Shown in pieces: positions 27,675 to 40,620 of a stretch of 64,000 nucleotides of DNA. The position numbers and the translations under genes are program-made. Position 1 is the first letter of the stretch. Each line of letters begins with the position of its first letter. The notes beneath the pieces are model-generated. The model was not told where the DNA came from. It ran no database searches and worked only from the letters and a program-made list of their open reading frames with translations. Origin of the DNA: Eledone cirrhosa. Lineage: Eukaryota. The DNA is taken from positions 284,890,001 to 284,954,000 of the forward strand of contig OZ024741.1 of assembly GCA_964016885.1 (NCBI GenBank). The letters are read 5' to 3'.

Positions 27675-28033
27675 AGACCGTCGTGCCTTGCTCCGGTCCA
27701 CACTTCAGCAAATTGAAACATCTGCTATTCAATTTCTTGTGGAAGGAACAGGTTCCATTGATGAGGCAATCCATCTGCTGCGGAGGGCTGAGCTGTCATG
27801 GATAATGATGAGCAAACATGCGCAGAGCCTACGGCTTCTTTAGATCGCCCCTCCGTCATCCTTTTCCCCAAAAGAGCAGGCAGTTTTCCTCTGCTGGTGG
27901 CTTTAGTGAAAGAGGTTGTGTGGTGTACGCGGCTGAAAGTCTGAAAACATACACTTTTTTCTTCGGCCAATCCCTCATTAACCTTTTCAGGGCTCAGCTG
28001 GAAAGAAAGGTGAGGGTGGAGAGGGAAGTGTTA
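27675..28033 (+). mobile_element. Internally deleted Tx1/L1 fragment
   Basis: ACCGTCGTGCCTTG..TCCATCTGCTG..GTGAGGGTGGAGAGGGAAGTG matches two separated parts of 35158-36566. Confidence 0.7.
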
Positions 28034-28392
28034 ATTTTGGAAGATATTAATCCAATTAGGAAGCCTTTAAAATATGTGGTTTTATTTCATAGAACCAGAC
28101 CGGTTTGAGGTGGTTTAGTCACAAAATGGTATATTTCAGCTTACACCCACATATTTTATATGCTTTAAGAATCAAGCTGAATATATCAATAACAGTTATA
28201 ATATATACACGTACACAAGCGCCACGCCTACCTACATCCCAAAACACAATTGTTACACAGTGTATCATGGGGTCATTTTTGATTAATTATTAACACATCT
28301 AAATTGTGTACTGGTATATTGGGACATATAAACTTTAGTCATTTCATTGTGATTATATGACAACCCATGCGCATAGACATATCCTATATTCA

Positions 28393-28430
<38 letters not shown>

Positions 28431-28451
28431 CATTCACGTACATGCATACAC

Positions 28452-28557
<106 letters not shown>

Positions 28558-28562
28558 CACAT

Positions 28563-28603
<41 letters not shown>

Positions 28604-28697
28604 AATGACTTCTACAGGAGACTAGAACTGTTTCATTCGGGAGAATCACCAGGAAGTTACTTACTGTGGTTACCCCCGATTGAACCCGGGATAAAGT

Positions 28698-28752
<55 letters not shown>

Positions 28753-28793
28753 AAAACGAAGAATCAGTGATGCATCAGAACACAATGTATTAC

Positions 28794-28882
28794 GTATTAC
28801 AATTGTTTCTCCGGCGAACAGCTCGAGGTGCGATCTATTTGTGGATCGAACATGACTCTGGATTCGCAAGTTCCTCAGATAC
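28794..28882 (-). ncRNA. Hammerhead motif with long helix II
   Basis: GTAT-CTGAGGA-(62 nt, imperfect hairpin GCGAA..CGATC loop GATCG..TTCGC)-GAAA-CAATTG-TA-ATAC; about 45 nt from (TA)n. Confidence 0.7.
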
Positions 28883-29514
28883 TTCTAGTGATTTCGAAGC
28901 TAATCCTCTTTCTATTGGACTCCGACTCTTCGAATTTCTATCATCTGCCATCATCCTGTCGATTGGTCGATAGTTCGAGACGTCATCTGTGTGTATGACC
29001 ATTCAAATCTGCCCACTGACCATTTCCATTCAGGCGTCAGCTGTCAATCCCCTTAATTCTGTCGACAGAAATTACTGCTAGGTGGGCGAGGTGTTATGAA
29101 TTGCCTTGCCATTCCCTGGCTTGCCCGTCGCCCTACCCATATATACACCCACACACACGCGTGTGCTCACACATATGCAGACTTTTGGAGCCATTGATCG
29201 CACACTTATCTGTACGGACATATATATACACACACACATAGAGCCCACGCGTTTGCGTTCACACGTATACATGCATATATTCACCCCTCATATATAGGTA
29301 CATACATACACAGACATAGGCACACACGTACACATACACGGACCCACAGATATACATATAACTATCCATACACATAGTCACGTATATATATATATATATA
29401 TATATAGATATACATATATGCCTACACCCATATATACGCACACATACATATACCCGCGCGTACATATGCAGTCAGTTAGGCCTACTCACATACACACACA
29501 CACACATGTGTGGG

Positions 29515-29549
<35 letters not shown>

Positions 29550-29672
29550 AGGAGGTGAGTAATATTGTAGAACAATAAAACTATGCATATATCAGATAAG
29601 TAGCACTCGACAGTTGGTAGAACTGGAGTATATATAAGGAAGAAATTAAAAGATGGTTAAAAATGTTCCATA

Positions 29673-29742
29673 TATTTTATTATGCGCATTTCGAAAACAA
29701 CATCATCCTGGGACAAAAATTGTGTTCTCATCAGATAAAATA
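29673..29742 (-). ncRNA. Type-I hammerhead ribozyme
   Basis: TATTTTAT-CTGATGA-GAAcACAA..TTGTtTTC-GAAA-TGCGCA-TA-ATAAAATA; 8-bp helix I, helix III is the palindrome ATGCGCAT. Confidence 0.85.
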
Positions 29743-30558
29743 AGGTAACATGATATGAGGCCTAAAAACACATGTGAACAAAAATATAAGAGAAGAGAAA
29801 AATAGGAAAAAGGAAGAAAAGGAAAGAAGAAGGAAAAAGGAAAAAGAAATAGAAGAGAGGAAAAAAGAAAGAAAGAAGGAGGAGAGAGAAAGAGAAAAAG
29901 AGAGATACTTTTGATCGGGAACGCCGTCAAAAATGAAAAAACAGCTGTGAATAACGATTAAAAAATATTAAAAATAAATAAATAAATAAATAAATTGATG
30001 AGATGAATGTGCTAATATTACAAATATTAGATGTCTAGAATATAGAAACTGGGTATATTATTTAATATTGAGTTTGAATACTAAAAATTGGATTAAGAAG
30101 TGTAAAAATGTATTAATAAAATAAAAAATAAATAAAATAAAATAAAATAAAATAAAATAAATAAAATAAAATAAGATAGACTAGAATAAAATATAAAAAT
30201 AAGAATAATCTATCTATGTCAAAATTAAAAATTACTATTAAAAATTTATATATGTGGGTTATAGTATTTGATTATTATTTCATATCAACAAGTAAATAAA
30301 GGAAATTGCTAGAAACGTTTATAAATGTAGAAAGACATATGACGTCATAGATTGTTTACAAAATCTACGAAGGTTTGAACGAAATAATTTACGTCAATAG
30401 AGAAAGAAGGTGAAAGGCTTAATAATGCAGAGAAAAGGGGATTAATACATTGTAGAATATAATGAAATATGTGAGAAAAAAATGTGTGAAAAGATATATG
30501 TGTAAAAATATATATGTGTAAAAAATTAACCGTTATTCGTAGAATAAGTAATAGGACA

Positions 30559-30810
30559 TTAGCTGTATACTTTGTGAAAGGTCTTGAAAGATTTATGAAT
30601 GCAGAGACCAAATAAGTCCGAACGTCTATTTATTAAAGAGTTGAAATTCGAGATAATGGTAAATTTTTCAGCTAGACATAAATTACAAACCCTAGATATG
30701 GAAGCATTGGAGTAAGGTAAAGCGTTGCAAATTTTACGCCAAGAGATTTCGAAATTAATGTTTTTGTCTTTTAAGGACCAAATAAGTTCTGAGAGTGCGG
30801 TGCTGGTAAT
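30559..30810 (-). pseudogene. PLE GIY-YIG endonuclease C-terminal fragment (not in the ORF track)
   Basis: Manual translation, 83 aa open to stop: ITSTALSELIWSLKDKNINFEISWRKICNALPYSNASISRVCNLCLAEKFTIISNFNSLINRRSDLFGLCIHKSFKTFHKVYS*. Confidence 0.85.
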
Positions 30811-30905
30811 TCAACAAATATAAATGTTTATAACTCAACAGATTTTCTGGAGTATAATATTCAATGATATTAAGTAAATGGAAACTATATTTATAAAACC
30901 ATGTT

Positions 30906-30966
30906 TATTCTATTATATAAATTTCAAGGGTACCAAAACTTTGGTACGCCCTCATCAGATAAAATA
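30906..30966 (-). ncRNA. Type-I hammerhead ribozyme
   Basis: TATTTTAT-CTGATGA-GGGcGTACCAAA gt TTTGGTACCCTT-GAAA-TTTATA-TA-ATAGAATA. Confidence 0.8.
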
Positions 30967-31965
30967 CAAAGTTTGTTTTATAAGTATTGTCATAACCAGG
31001 AAGAAGAACTTAACGGTTCACATTTTTCCTGGATAGTAAAAGAAAGAAGGGAAAGAGAAGAAAAGTCAAATATTTCAAATTATTAAGATGAGTATGCAAA
31101 TGAGGTTGAGTGAGGTATAGGGCTAAAAAAAAACGTTATTTTTAGACGCTATGTAGATTTAAATAATTATTAGGATATGTGTATGTAGGTGTATATATGT
31201 GTATATATATACACACACACATATATGCACATATATGAAAAGAAATTATAAAATTACTTGGAAAGTGCATAGAAACATGCATATGATGCTGCACATCAGG
31301 GAGTACACAAAGAAATTCTACGTGAAGAAATACGTAAAAAATACAAAAAAAGTACATATAGGGAATACGTCAAAGAATACATGCAACCGCCCACATAGCG
31401 GTATATACATATATGCAGACACACTTTGATGCACACGTTGGCTGAGTTGGCATTAGGGTGTTAACGTGAAATAATCCACATAAAGAAACCCTGTAAACAA
31501 AATTACATACGGGAAGCTCATAGGAACAGTGCAAAGGATATACTTAAAACATATATAAGAAATATATAAAAAATACATAAAAAATACATAAAAATATACA
31601 TGAGGGTGTACATGAAAGAATACATAAAACGTTACGTAATGGAATACGTAGAGAAAACACACACACTACGTAAAAAATATATATATGCAGGGAGTATGGC
31701 AAAATAGTTTGTAACGGAGTATGTTACTGTGGCTGAAACAGAGTGCCTTACTGATGTGTGATACGGGATTGAGTATACCCATGGAAATTGAACCGCCGTG
31801 TCCTGGCTATTGCGACGGCGGTGTTTAGGATAAAGTACAGAGTCAAATGTGCAGCATTGATTCTGTCGACATGCCCCACACGGCATACATAGTCATCAAG
31901 GTATGCTGTCGGATTCCATGGACCCACGCCGCCACCTCGACTGACGTCCGCTTCCCCGTATGGCT

Positions 31966-32318
31966 CTAGTTGGGGCCATCAGGGGGTTCCCATGCGGAGA
32001 GTGTGCTCTTTCGTTGGTGTCTGCATGTCATGATGATCTCCGATTTCAGGTTGACTGCATCATCCTTTAATCTCAGTATCTCCATGGCCTCGGACAGGTG
32101 CAGCCTGCACTTCCTCTCGGCGGCCAAATATGGATTAGCCCGTTGAACGATACTCCAGTTGAGATCGTACGTGGTGCCGCTGTCCTTCAAGTCCCATATC
32201 AGATCCAGTCTAGTGTCTAGTGGAGTGTCTCTTGCTCCGGTCCGTGAAAGGGTTCGTGTGATTGTACATCCTCGATTTAAAAGTCGTGGATGCTGCGCCG
32301 ATGTAGGTGCGCTTGGTG
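31966..32318 (-). pseudogene. PLE GIY-YIG endonuclease C-terminal fragment
   Basis: LIWDLKD..Y.LNWSIV..ANPY..KCRLHLSE..IL..VNLKSEI..TCRH, homologous to 30559-30810. Confidence 0.8.
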
Positions 32319-32647
32319 ATATATATATATATATATATAACGTTTTCAAGGTCCATTGAATTCTCCTTAATTGAATATAATTTTAATTTAGGTGAAAAAC
32401 CAAAGATTTTTTATTAATTTCTACGTTCGTTCCAATTTTAACGAAATATAAATGCGAAAATATAAAAATAATAATTTGCAGATTAAGTAAATAATCTATT
32501 AAATCAATAAAACAATTGCAAACACATCAGAAAATCTCATCAGGAAATCAATATTAGATGTGGGCAATGCATGTCCCAAAGATATCAAGCCATGATAAAA
32601 AATATCATAGAAATGAAAGAAAAAGTACTTTTTATTATATCATATAT

Positions 32648-32778
32648 ATGAAATATTCGAGTCCCGACGGCTGAGCTCCGATCTCGGATCTAGCTGTTAA
32701 AACGGCCGGGGCTCAGCCGTCGGGGCCTCGAATTTTTCATATTACCCACTCTACTATCCCAAGTATCGAGTACTTTGG
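32648..32778 (+). mobile_element. Family F mini-element with truncated tail
   Basis: Hairpin followed by TTACCCACTCTACTATCCCAAGTATCGAGTACTTTGGTG. Confidence 0.8.
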
Positions 32779-32961
32779 TGAGTAATGGTCTAACTGTTTT
32801 TTTTATCGCCTATCTTCTGATAGGTATACACACACACACAAATATATCCGTATATGGTAAACGGTTGAGAGAAAAGAGTACTTCATACCGAAGTAGATTT
32901 TTAATGTTCATTTTATTAAGGCTAAATAGTGAGTTTGTTCCACCTGTTTATCACTGTCATC

Positions 32962-33016
<55 letters not shown>

Positions 33017-33017
<1 letters not shown>

Positions 33018-33567
33018 TTTTGAGTTTATGTTGGTTGTATACCAACACCTCAGTATGCAGGCTGGAGCACTCGACGAAGTGCGCAGGTTGGTTTGGTTAC
33101 TCCGGAGTAGTGTAAAATAAAGTTAAATAAAAGTCAAATGATTAAAATTTAGCTTCGTTTATTACTGCTATATATATTTCAGTGACAGCCATCTTTGGCT
33201 GTGACCTCTTCAGGCAGTTTGAATTAGTATGGTATAGACAAGTACATATGTTGTTTAGGTGTATGATATTGTCAATACTCTGATATGCCCAGTTCCTTGC
33301 TGGGTTGTTAATTCACTGGGGAACTGGAGTCATATATCTCTGGAGTCATATATATGACTCCAGTTCCCCAGTGAATTAACAACCCAGCAAGGAACTGGGC
33401 ATATCAGAGTATTGACAATATCATACACCTAAACAACATATGTACTTGTCTATACCATACTAATTCAAACTGCCTGAAGAGGTCACAGCCAAAGATGGCT
33501 GTCACTGAAATATATATAGCAGTAATAAACGAAGCTAAATTTTAATCATTTGACTTTTATTTAACTT

Positions 33568-33574
<7 letters not shown>
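33017..33574. mobile_element. Fold-back element: tail 33017-33112, ~225-bp arms 33113-33337 / 33350-33574
   Basis: Apparently perfect palindrome between (TA)n tracts, with a hammerhead in each arm. Confidence 0.92.
33469..33523 (+). ncRNA. Type-I hammerhead ribozyme (inverted copy at 33164-33218)
   Basis: ACTGC-CTGAAGA-GGTcACAGCCA aaga TGGCTGTcACT-GAAA-TATATA-TA-GCAGT. Confidence 0.85.
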
Positions 33575-33623
<49 letters not shown>

Positions 33624-35157
33624 TAAAGGCATTCCTAACTGGAAAAGATGAAAGCAATACCATAAAGCATCGATCCTCCTAAAGCAGCATTAACAGAAAA
33701 CCATTAAAAAAGTATAACAATTACCTTAATACAATAGCTTCGTAACAAATTAATACACACAAAAGTAACGGTGACTGCGTATGTGTCCCTTGCTAAAAGA
33801 ATGGTCGATATAAAACAACGATCGATGCAGAGAGTGGATCATAATTATCTTAGTGTTACAAAGTAACCTTAATAATGGTATATTGCAAGCGGTCAGAATT
33901 TCGGTCATTTAATGTTTACTATATAAATTTACATAAATTGTCTATGTATCAACTTTGTAATAAAGTTCAATGCCGCTAAGCCTAACAGTTCAAGTCCTGT
34001 GAAAGTCAGTTCTATCTGGAATAAAATATATATGTATACACATATGTGTGTGTGTAAGCTAATTTTAGATTTAATCAGTACATATGATAATGTTTCTCAG
34101 TACAAAGCTCAATAAGCTTCAGTTTAGTGCATTTCTAATATAAGTATTTTATTTCCAGAAACAGATCTGTCTAGGAGAGTATAGAGCATTTAACATCTAG
34201 GAGTATGTATTTAAATTTACATGTTATTTAATCTGTATATTACTACAAGATAATAGTTTGTTTCTCAATTGATATATCCTGTTACATATCCTGTTATACA
34301 TCGTTTATATATATAGTTGAAGGGCACAACAAACATAGGTACAAAAAGTCTTATTAATTTCACGCTTTATATGGAAAAGGAGAAAGAAAGTTCGATGTGT
34401 CGGGATTTAGCCCTTCTTCAGGAGATCAAAATAGAAACCAAGTGATGAAAGAAAATCGAAAATGAAGAGTGTAAACAAAACAAACCGTTAGGTAGTCTTG
34501 GTAACGAGTTGGAACGCAAAGTGAAGTGTCTGGGTGTATTCGTGTCGATATTATGTGTGAGTGTATGTCTATGTTTAAACGTGTGCGTCTATTAAGGTAT
34601 ATTTTGTATATTATCAAAGTTAGTGTGTTATGCGTATATCCATGTGGTAGTGGTAGTGGACTTGTATGTGTGAGTGAATGTAAGTTTGAATGTGTGTACT
34701 GTATATGTGCGTTGAGGTTATTTTGAGTGTGTGTAAAGTATCTGGCAGTGTTAGCGTATGTCTGTGAGATGTGAGGATTTGTATGCGTTAGTCAATTATT
34801 ACATTTTAGCGTATGTATTTATGTTGAAGTTTATAATGTGTACGTGTAAAGTATCTAACTGATTTGTATGTAAGCGTGTATGTATTAACGAATATGTGTC
34901 ATACGATAAAAGAAGTATGTTAACGTGTATTAGAAAGTATATGATAGAGCAGACGAAAGGAAGATGGCTGGGGCATTAAGGTTTTGAGGGAAAAAAGGTT
35001 GTAAGGAAAAAATAAGTTGCTGTTCTCGACGACACTGAGATGGTGGGTGGAGTGGCCGGCGGATCAAAAATGTGGAGAGATCGAAGTCGGGATGCCGACC
35101 CGGATGTCCCGAAGGTGTTCATAAAATCTCTCTCTCTATCTATCTATCTATCTATCT

Positions 35158-36566
35158 GAAGAACTGGGGTGAGGTGACGAGCAGGGTGTTTGCACTGACC
35201 CAGAAGTGGGCCGAGTGCAAACTGTCCCTGAAAGGTCGGGCGGAGGTGGCGAACACTTATATAGCGTCCGTCATCTACTACCGCCTGACCGTGGTGCCTT
35301 GCCCAAGGGAAACGCTCGCCAAAATGGAGCGCGCACTCTTCCAATTCCTTTGGAAGAAGCGGGTTCCTATGGTGAGGAGATCCATCTGCTGTCAACACCC
35401 TTCGAAAGGAGGGCTGGGGATGCCGTGGCTGATGAAACGTAAACACGCATTAAGGCTACGGCACCTTCAGGTATTCCTCTCCGGTCAACCGGTGTGGGCC
35501 CCGTTTGTGAGGCGAGCCTTTCCCAGACTCGTCTCACTCACCGAGCTGCAATCCTGGGTCAAGCAAAGACCGAGAAAACTGGGCGCCTGGCACACCGAGT
35601 GTGCCCAGGCGCTCACGGCTCTCTGGCAGGCGGACCCGGCTGTCAGTGGAGAATCCACCTCGTCATTCTATAGAGGGCTGGTGGTTAGCAGGTGCGACGA
35701 CGCCCTCGGAGAAGCCCTAGGCATGGAGGAAGACGAACTGGCCAACCTGTTCGGTAGGACATTCAGCCCGGGACCCATGGATAATTCCAGAGGTCCCTGG
35801 CCTGGCAATGCTACAGAAGGGCTTTGCCTGTTCGAGAAAGGCTCTACAGACACGGGCGCCCGGGTAGGGACCCATCGAAAAAGGTCTGTCCCAGATGCGT
35901 GTGCGACGAGGAAACCGTTGCACACGCATTGGTACACTGCTCGGGCATTGCCGATCTGTGGGGCTATGTCGAACAACTGCTGTCAAGGGTGGGACCGATC
36001 CGGTTGACCACCGAGTCTATTGTTACGATCAAGCCGCCTCCCCTCTTCAAAAACGAAGGAGAGGCGGTGTTTCTGTGCGTAATAGCCATGGCGAAAGAGG
36101 TTGTATGGTGGACGCGTCTGAAAGGACTGAGGTCAGACACCTTTCTCTCTGGCCAACAACTGGTCCGTTTCTTCCGATACCATTTCGGAAGAAGGATCAG
36201 GATGGAGAGAGAGGTGCTGCACCCCAGCCGTTTCTATGAAAGATGGGTGAAAGTGGCGAGAATGGCCCGTGTGAATGGGCCTTCACTCTACATCAGACTA
36301 TAGGTGAGGAAGATGAAAGACCAAGGGAGCACCCCTTCTCTGTGCTCCTGAGGAGAAGGGTTGCACACTTTTTTCGGGGGTGTGTGCGACCCCCCAAGGC
36401 GCCTCCTCTCTATTGAGGACTTTGTTATAAATTTTATTTTTTGTTATATTTTATTTTATTTTTATATATTGTTATTGCCTCCTCCTTATTGAGGACGCCT
36501 TGTTTTGTAATCTCCCCCCATTGTACTTGTCCCACTTTTGATGCCCTGGTGGCAAATAAAAGAAAC
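35158..36566 (+). mobile_element. Tx1/L1-clade LINE, 5'-truncated ORF2 (stop at 36303) in (ATCT)n
   Basis: W..KLSLKGRAEVANTYIAS, FLWK, P.KGGLG.P, CPRC..EETVAHALVHC zinc knuckle; one frameshift near 35790. Confidence 0.92.
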
Positions 36567-36601
36567 ATATCTATTTATCTCTCTCTCCCTCTTTCTATCT
36601 C

Positions 36602-36738
<137 letters not shown>

Positions 36739-37164
36739 CAGGACTGCCGTTGAAAACATAAAGAAAAAGTGCTGGTTCAAAAGAAAACAGCCAAATTATA
36801 AATTCATCAAATATTAATTGAGCAGTGATTGCATTTACATGTAAATCGCAAATTACATTTTTTCAATTTCTATTGAAACTGTAATTGATTCTTTCTTTAC
36901 TCCTGTGTTCTTCCTTTTTAATGAAGTATCTTTAATTCTTTTACTGTTTTTATTTATTTCAGTCAGACCGCAGCCCTGTCTCAGCATAGTATTGAATGTA
37001 TCTACCCGTTCATATAGACCCTAGTATTTTGTTTTTTCAAATCTGATATTTATTTCATCAATCACTTTTATATCGAATCGCTAAGTGATGAGATATAAAT
37101 AAACGGGAAACACAGATACGGATGGACACACGTACACATATACATACAATATATATATATGCTT

Positions 37165-37327
37165 ATGGGCTTCCACGCAGTTTCCTTCTACTACATTTCC
37201 TTCACTTCGCATTGATCAAACAGAGGCTACAGTTGAAGACTTTTGCTAAGTTGCCACGCAGGTAGATTGAAATCGAAACCACATAGTTGTAAAGTGAATT
37301 CATTAACCATTCAGCTAAGCCTGCACC
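37165..37327 (-). mobile_element. tRNA-derived CORE-like SINE (family B); further copies at ~39845-40195, 41705-41870, 50635-50765 and 63540-63702
   Basis: Recurrent decayed GGGCTTCCACGCAGTTTCC..GACACTTGCCCAAGG..AACCATTCAGCC pattern, resembling octopus tRNA-SINEs from memory. Confidence 0.6.
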
Positions 37328-37329
37328 AT

Positions 37330-39499
37330 TTGTTCATGTCTTCTTTCAAGTCTTTGGTTAATTCTCTTCTGAGCTTTTATGTAATGCATTCCATATCATT
37401 CTGTCAATAAGTTGCTTTGTAAGTACTTTATCTTTCACAATATCTGACATTAAAGAAGTAGTCTTCCTTGTTTGACACGTTTCATTACAGATAATATATT
37501 CTTAAACCGAATTCCAATGTATGTGGCAAGATAGATATATATGTCCTAAAATTGGATAACAAATCATATTTTGAATTATGGAGTCCATCTTTTCTGTCTT
37601 TTATCAGTATCCAGCAGTATTTTCTGTAGAGAATGCAAACAATAACTCTTCCATTGGTCATAAAGCTAATATCGTCTGTTTCTAGCACAATGGATGAGAA
37701 AATGAACAGCGAGCAGATTGATAGAGTTTGGATATATATAGAAATCCTGAACTATGCTATCTTGGGGTCTAATGCTTTTAGTTTAGCAATAATTTTGTCT
37801 TCACTGAAAAGAAACCTCTTTCTCATCCGAATACAAAATTACATTAGAAGTTTCAATCAGTCTTAAATCTATCACAAATTTCATCATCAAAAGGTTCATG
37901 AATGAAATATGTTGTTTACCTTTTCCCTAAGGTAAACATCATTAATGTTTTTGTATTTATTATCATTGCTTTCATCAAATTCTGGTAACTTAATGTTCTT
38001 CAGAAATTCCTCTTTAACTCTTTTGATATTAAAAATATTCAGAATCGCCGCTGGCTCTATGATACAAAACTGTTTATTTTAACGTGTTTATATTTATTAA
38101 AAAGACATTGTCATAATTTTATGTTAGAATTTTTGTTAAGTTTTATTTCAAACATTGGCTTAATAATGAATAAGTTATAGCTAAATTCTTCCACATTATT
38201 ACAATTATTTGAAAATCACAAGTAATGATAAAGAAACTCTATGATTTTCTTTTTCATGCTGATGATATTACTAAATAATGAAGATGCAGCCCGGAATTTC
38301 TAAATTAGAATTCAACATTCAATAAGTTTTCCTCCGGAAGCGTCAATTTGATAAAGCCGTTAGAATGCCGAATAGAATACTTCGCAGTATTCGTACTTGC
38401 TCTCTGTACTCTCAGTTCAAATCCCCCCGAGGTCAAATTTACCTTTTATCCTGTCGATGCCTACAAATATAGTATCTCTCTAGTATTAAGGTTGATTCTT
38501 TCACAATATTTCTCACGTTCTCACTTGGTTCTGTAAATAGAAGGAATATTTCAAACGCTACCAACATTGACAACATTTGAAAATTTTGATCAACTTCGAA
38601 AATAAAGAATTGGAATGAACATCCGTCATTTTCGATGATGAGTGTTCTGGTTGTTCGATCAATGAAACAGCTTTCTCCTGAAATAAACGTGTAAGAGGCC
38701 GAGCATTCCAGAGACACATGTACTCTTAACGTATTTATCAGATAAACATAACACTGTGTATCAATACTGGACCTTCGAATTAAAGATACATTTCATATGA
38801 TGCACTTACAAACAGTTTTCGTCTAGTCAACTTGGAAACGAACTTCTTAACCATCACCGAAACAGTTGTTTTTCAAGAAAGCCTCCTTATTTATACAAGT
38901 TTACATATATTATGAGTAATTGAGGCAATGACATCTTGCATAGGTGTAAAGTCATGTTGCCTGTTGCTGCTATGACATATTTAAGATGTTAAATATGTTA
39001 TTAAAGCCTCTAAATATGAGCAGAAAAAATGACATATGCTTCTCTTAATGAAAATGAAAAAACAGAAGACATTCTCTTTCAGTAATTTCTGGAATCCGCT
39101 TTTACAGTTTTTTAAACAAATTTTAGCGATGGGTGGTAAGATATCTTGATTTGAACAACTATGATGACGAATGATACTGTGGTTGTTAAAGGTATGGAAT
39201 ACAAGGGAACCTCCTGGAAAAACAATCATCGTTTGTGAATCCAATAACAGTTTCTAAGACGATTTTTCTTACTCATCGTATTGTCAAGACCAAGAAGTGC
39301 TGCGAATAGGTAAAGTCGTTTGAGCGTCGTATAGAAAACTTTGCTATTCGTTCATGCTGTCCGTGCTCCCTGAGGTCAACCCATGCCGAGGTCAACATTG
39401 GCTTTCATTCTTTCGCGGTCGATAAATAAATACCTGTTCAGTACTGGAGTCTGTTCTTCTATATCTATTTCTCACTACAATCCTCTTACTCTCGCACGT

Positions 39500-39569
<70 letters not shown>

Positions 39570-40620
39570 TCCCCCCCCTCTCTCTCTCCTCTCCTTTCCT
39601 CCCTTTCTCTCTTTCTCACACACTTTCTTTCTATCTTTCTCTTCTTCCTTCCCTTTCTGTCTCTGTCTCTCTCTCCCCAATGAAAGAAACAGGCTGATAT
39701 ACCTGATGTGAGGATGGGTTCTGCTAGTTTTAAAGTGCCGTAGACGCGCTGTACGCTGCGGTGGTCCCCATCCGATTCTATTAGGCGTTACGGGTCAAAG
39801 AAGGCAAGAAAAGCTCAAGAGGTCTTTGAATTTTGAACGCAGAAGGAAATATGGCCGAACATATTTGAAGTTCGTTTCGCAATTATAAGGTTTAGTGTTC
39901 GATTCAAATATATGGCGTCTTAGGCAAGTTTCATGTACCATAGCTTCGACTTCAACACAAGTATTGTGATTGAATTCAGGTTGACGTAAACTCTTTGGGA
40001 GCCCGTCAGGAGAACCGTACTAGTACATCAAAGGATCAGCCTTGTCACACTCTGTATCCCGATGAATTTCCTCGTGAAGTTAGTTAAGGCTACACGTGCC
40101 GGTAGAATTCTCAGCTTTTGCATGTTAATTTCATGAACAAGTTATTTCGTTGAGTGAGCAACTGGATCACGTCGTCGAAACAGACGGAGGTTCCCTTTTA
40201 TTCTATACATTTAACAACCACAGTAACATTCGGCATCATAGTTGTTCAAATCAAGGTATCTTACCACCCATCGCTAAAATTTGTTTAAAAAACTAGTTTT
40301 TTTTTACTTTTATCAATTATGATAGAAACTATTCTGTTTAGCAGATATCCGCTATTGTGTTTTTTCTTCCTAAAATGCTATTCCATTCTGAATGACATTA
40401 GAATTGTTGATAATGTTCCAGCAATTTTACTATCAAGAAATGTGTGATTTCTTTAGAGTAATGTCAGGATATGGTCAGCGTTTGCATAAATGTTCATCAA
40501 AATAACCAGATTATAAAGTGTTTACGTGTTAGTAGTGTTTGTGTAGATTTTGCATTGACTCTTTCGTGATGATTTTATGTTTTGGCTTTCATTAACGTGG
40601 ATTTGTTTGTATTTTCTAGT
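37330..40620 (-). pseudogene. Fossil hAT-type transposase, interrupted by SINEs
   Basis: Ordered minus-strand remnants: FLDSKIA, SIIIDKS, LAMVVRYLD, FQKLLKE..ICH, SSNRQHDF, KALDP, KDG..KY.LLSNF..ILPH; many stops and frameshifts. Confidence 0.6.

Larger units (their letters stand above)
29550..30810 (-). mobile_element. PLE 3' portion: endonuclease C-terminus, 3' UTR and hammerhead
   Basis: See 30559-30810 and 29673-29742. Confidence 0.8.

Noticed and set aside
28600-28700. Small repeat (also ~22810-22925 and 56140-56250) with CTGGTGA..GAAACAG on the minus strand
   Set aside because: It is a real repeat family, but the core is mutated in each copy and helix I is absent, so no ribozyme call.
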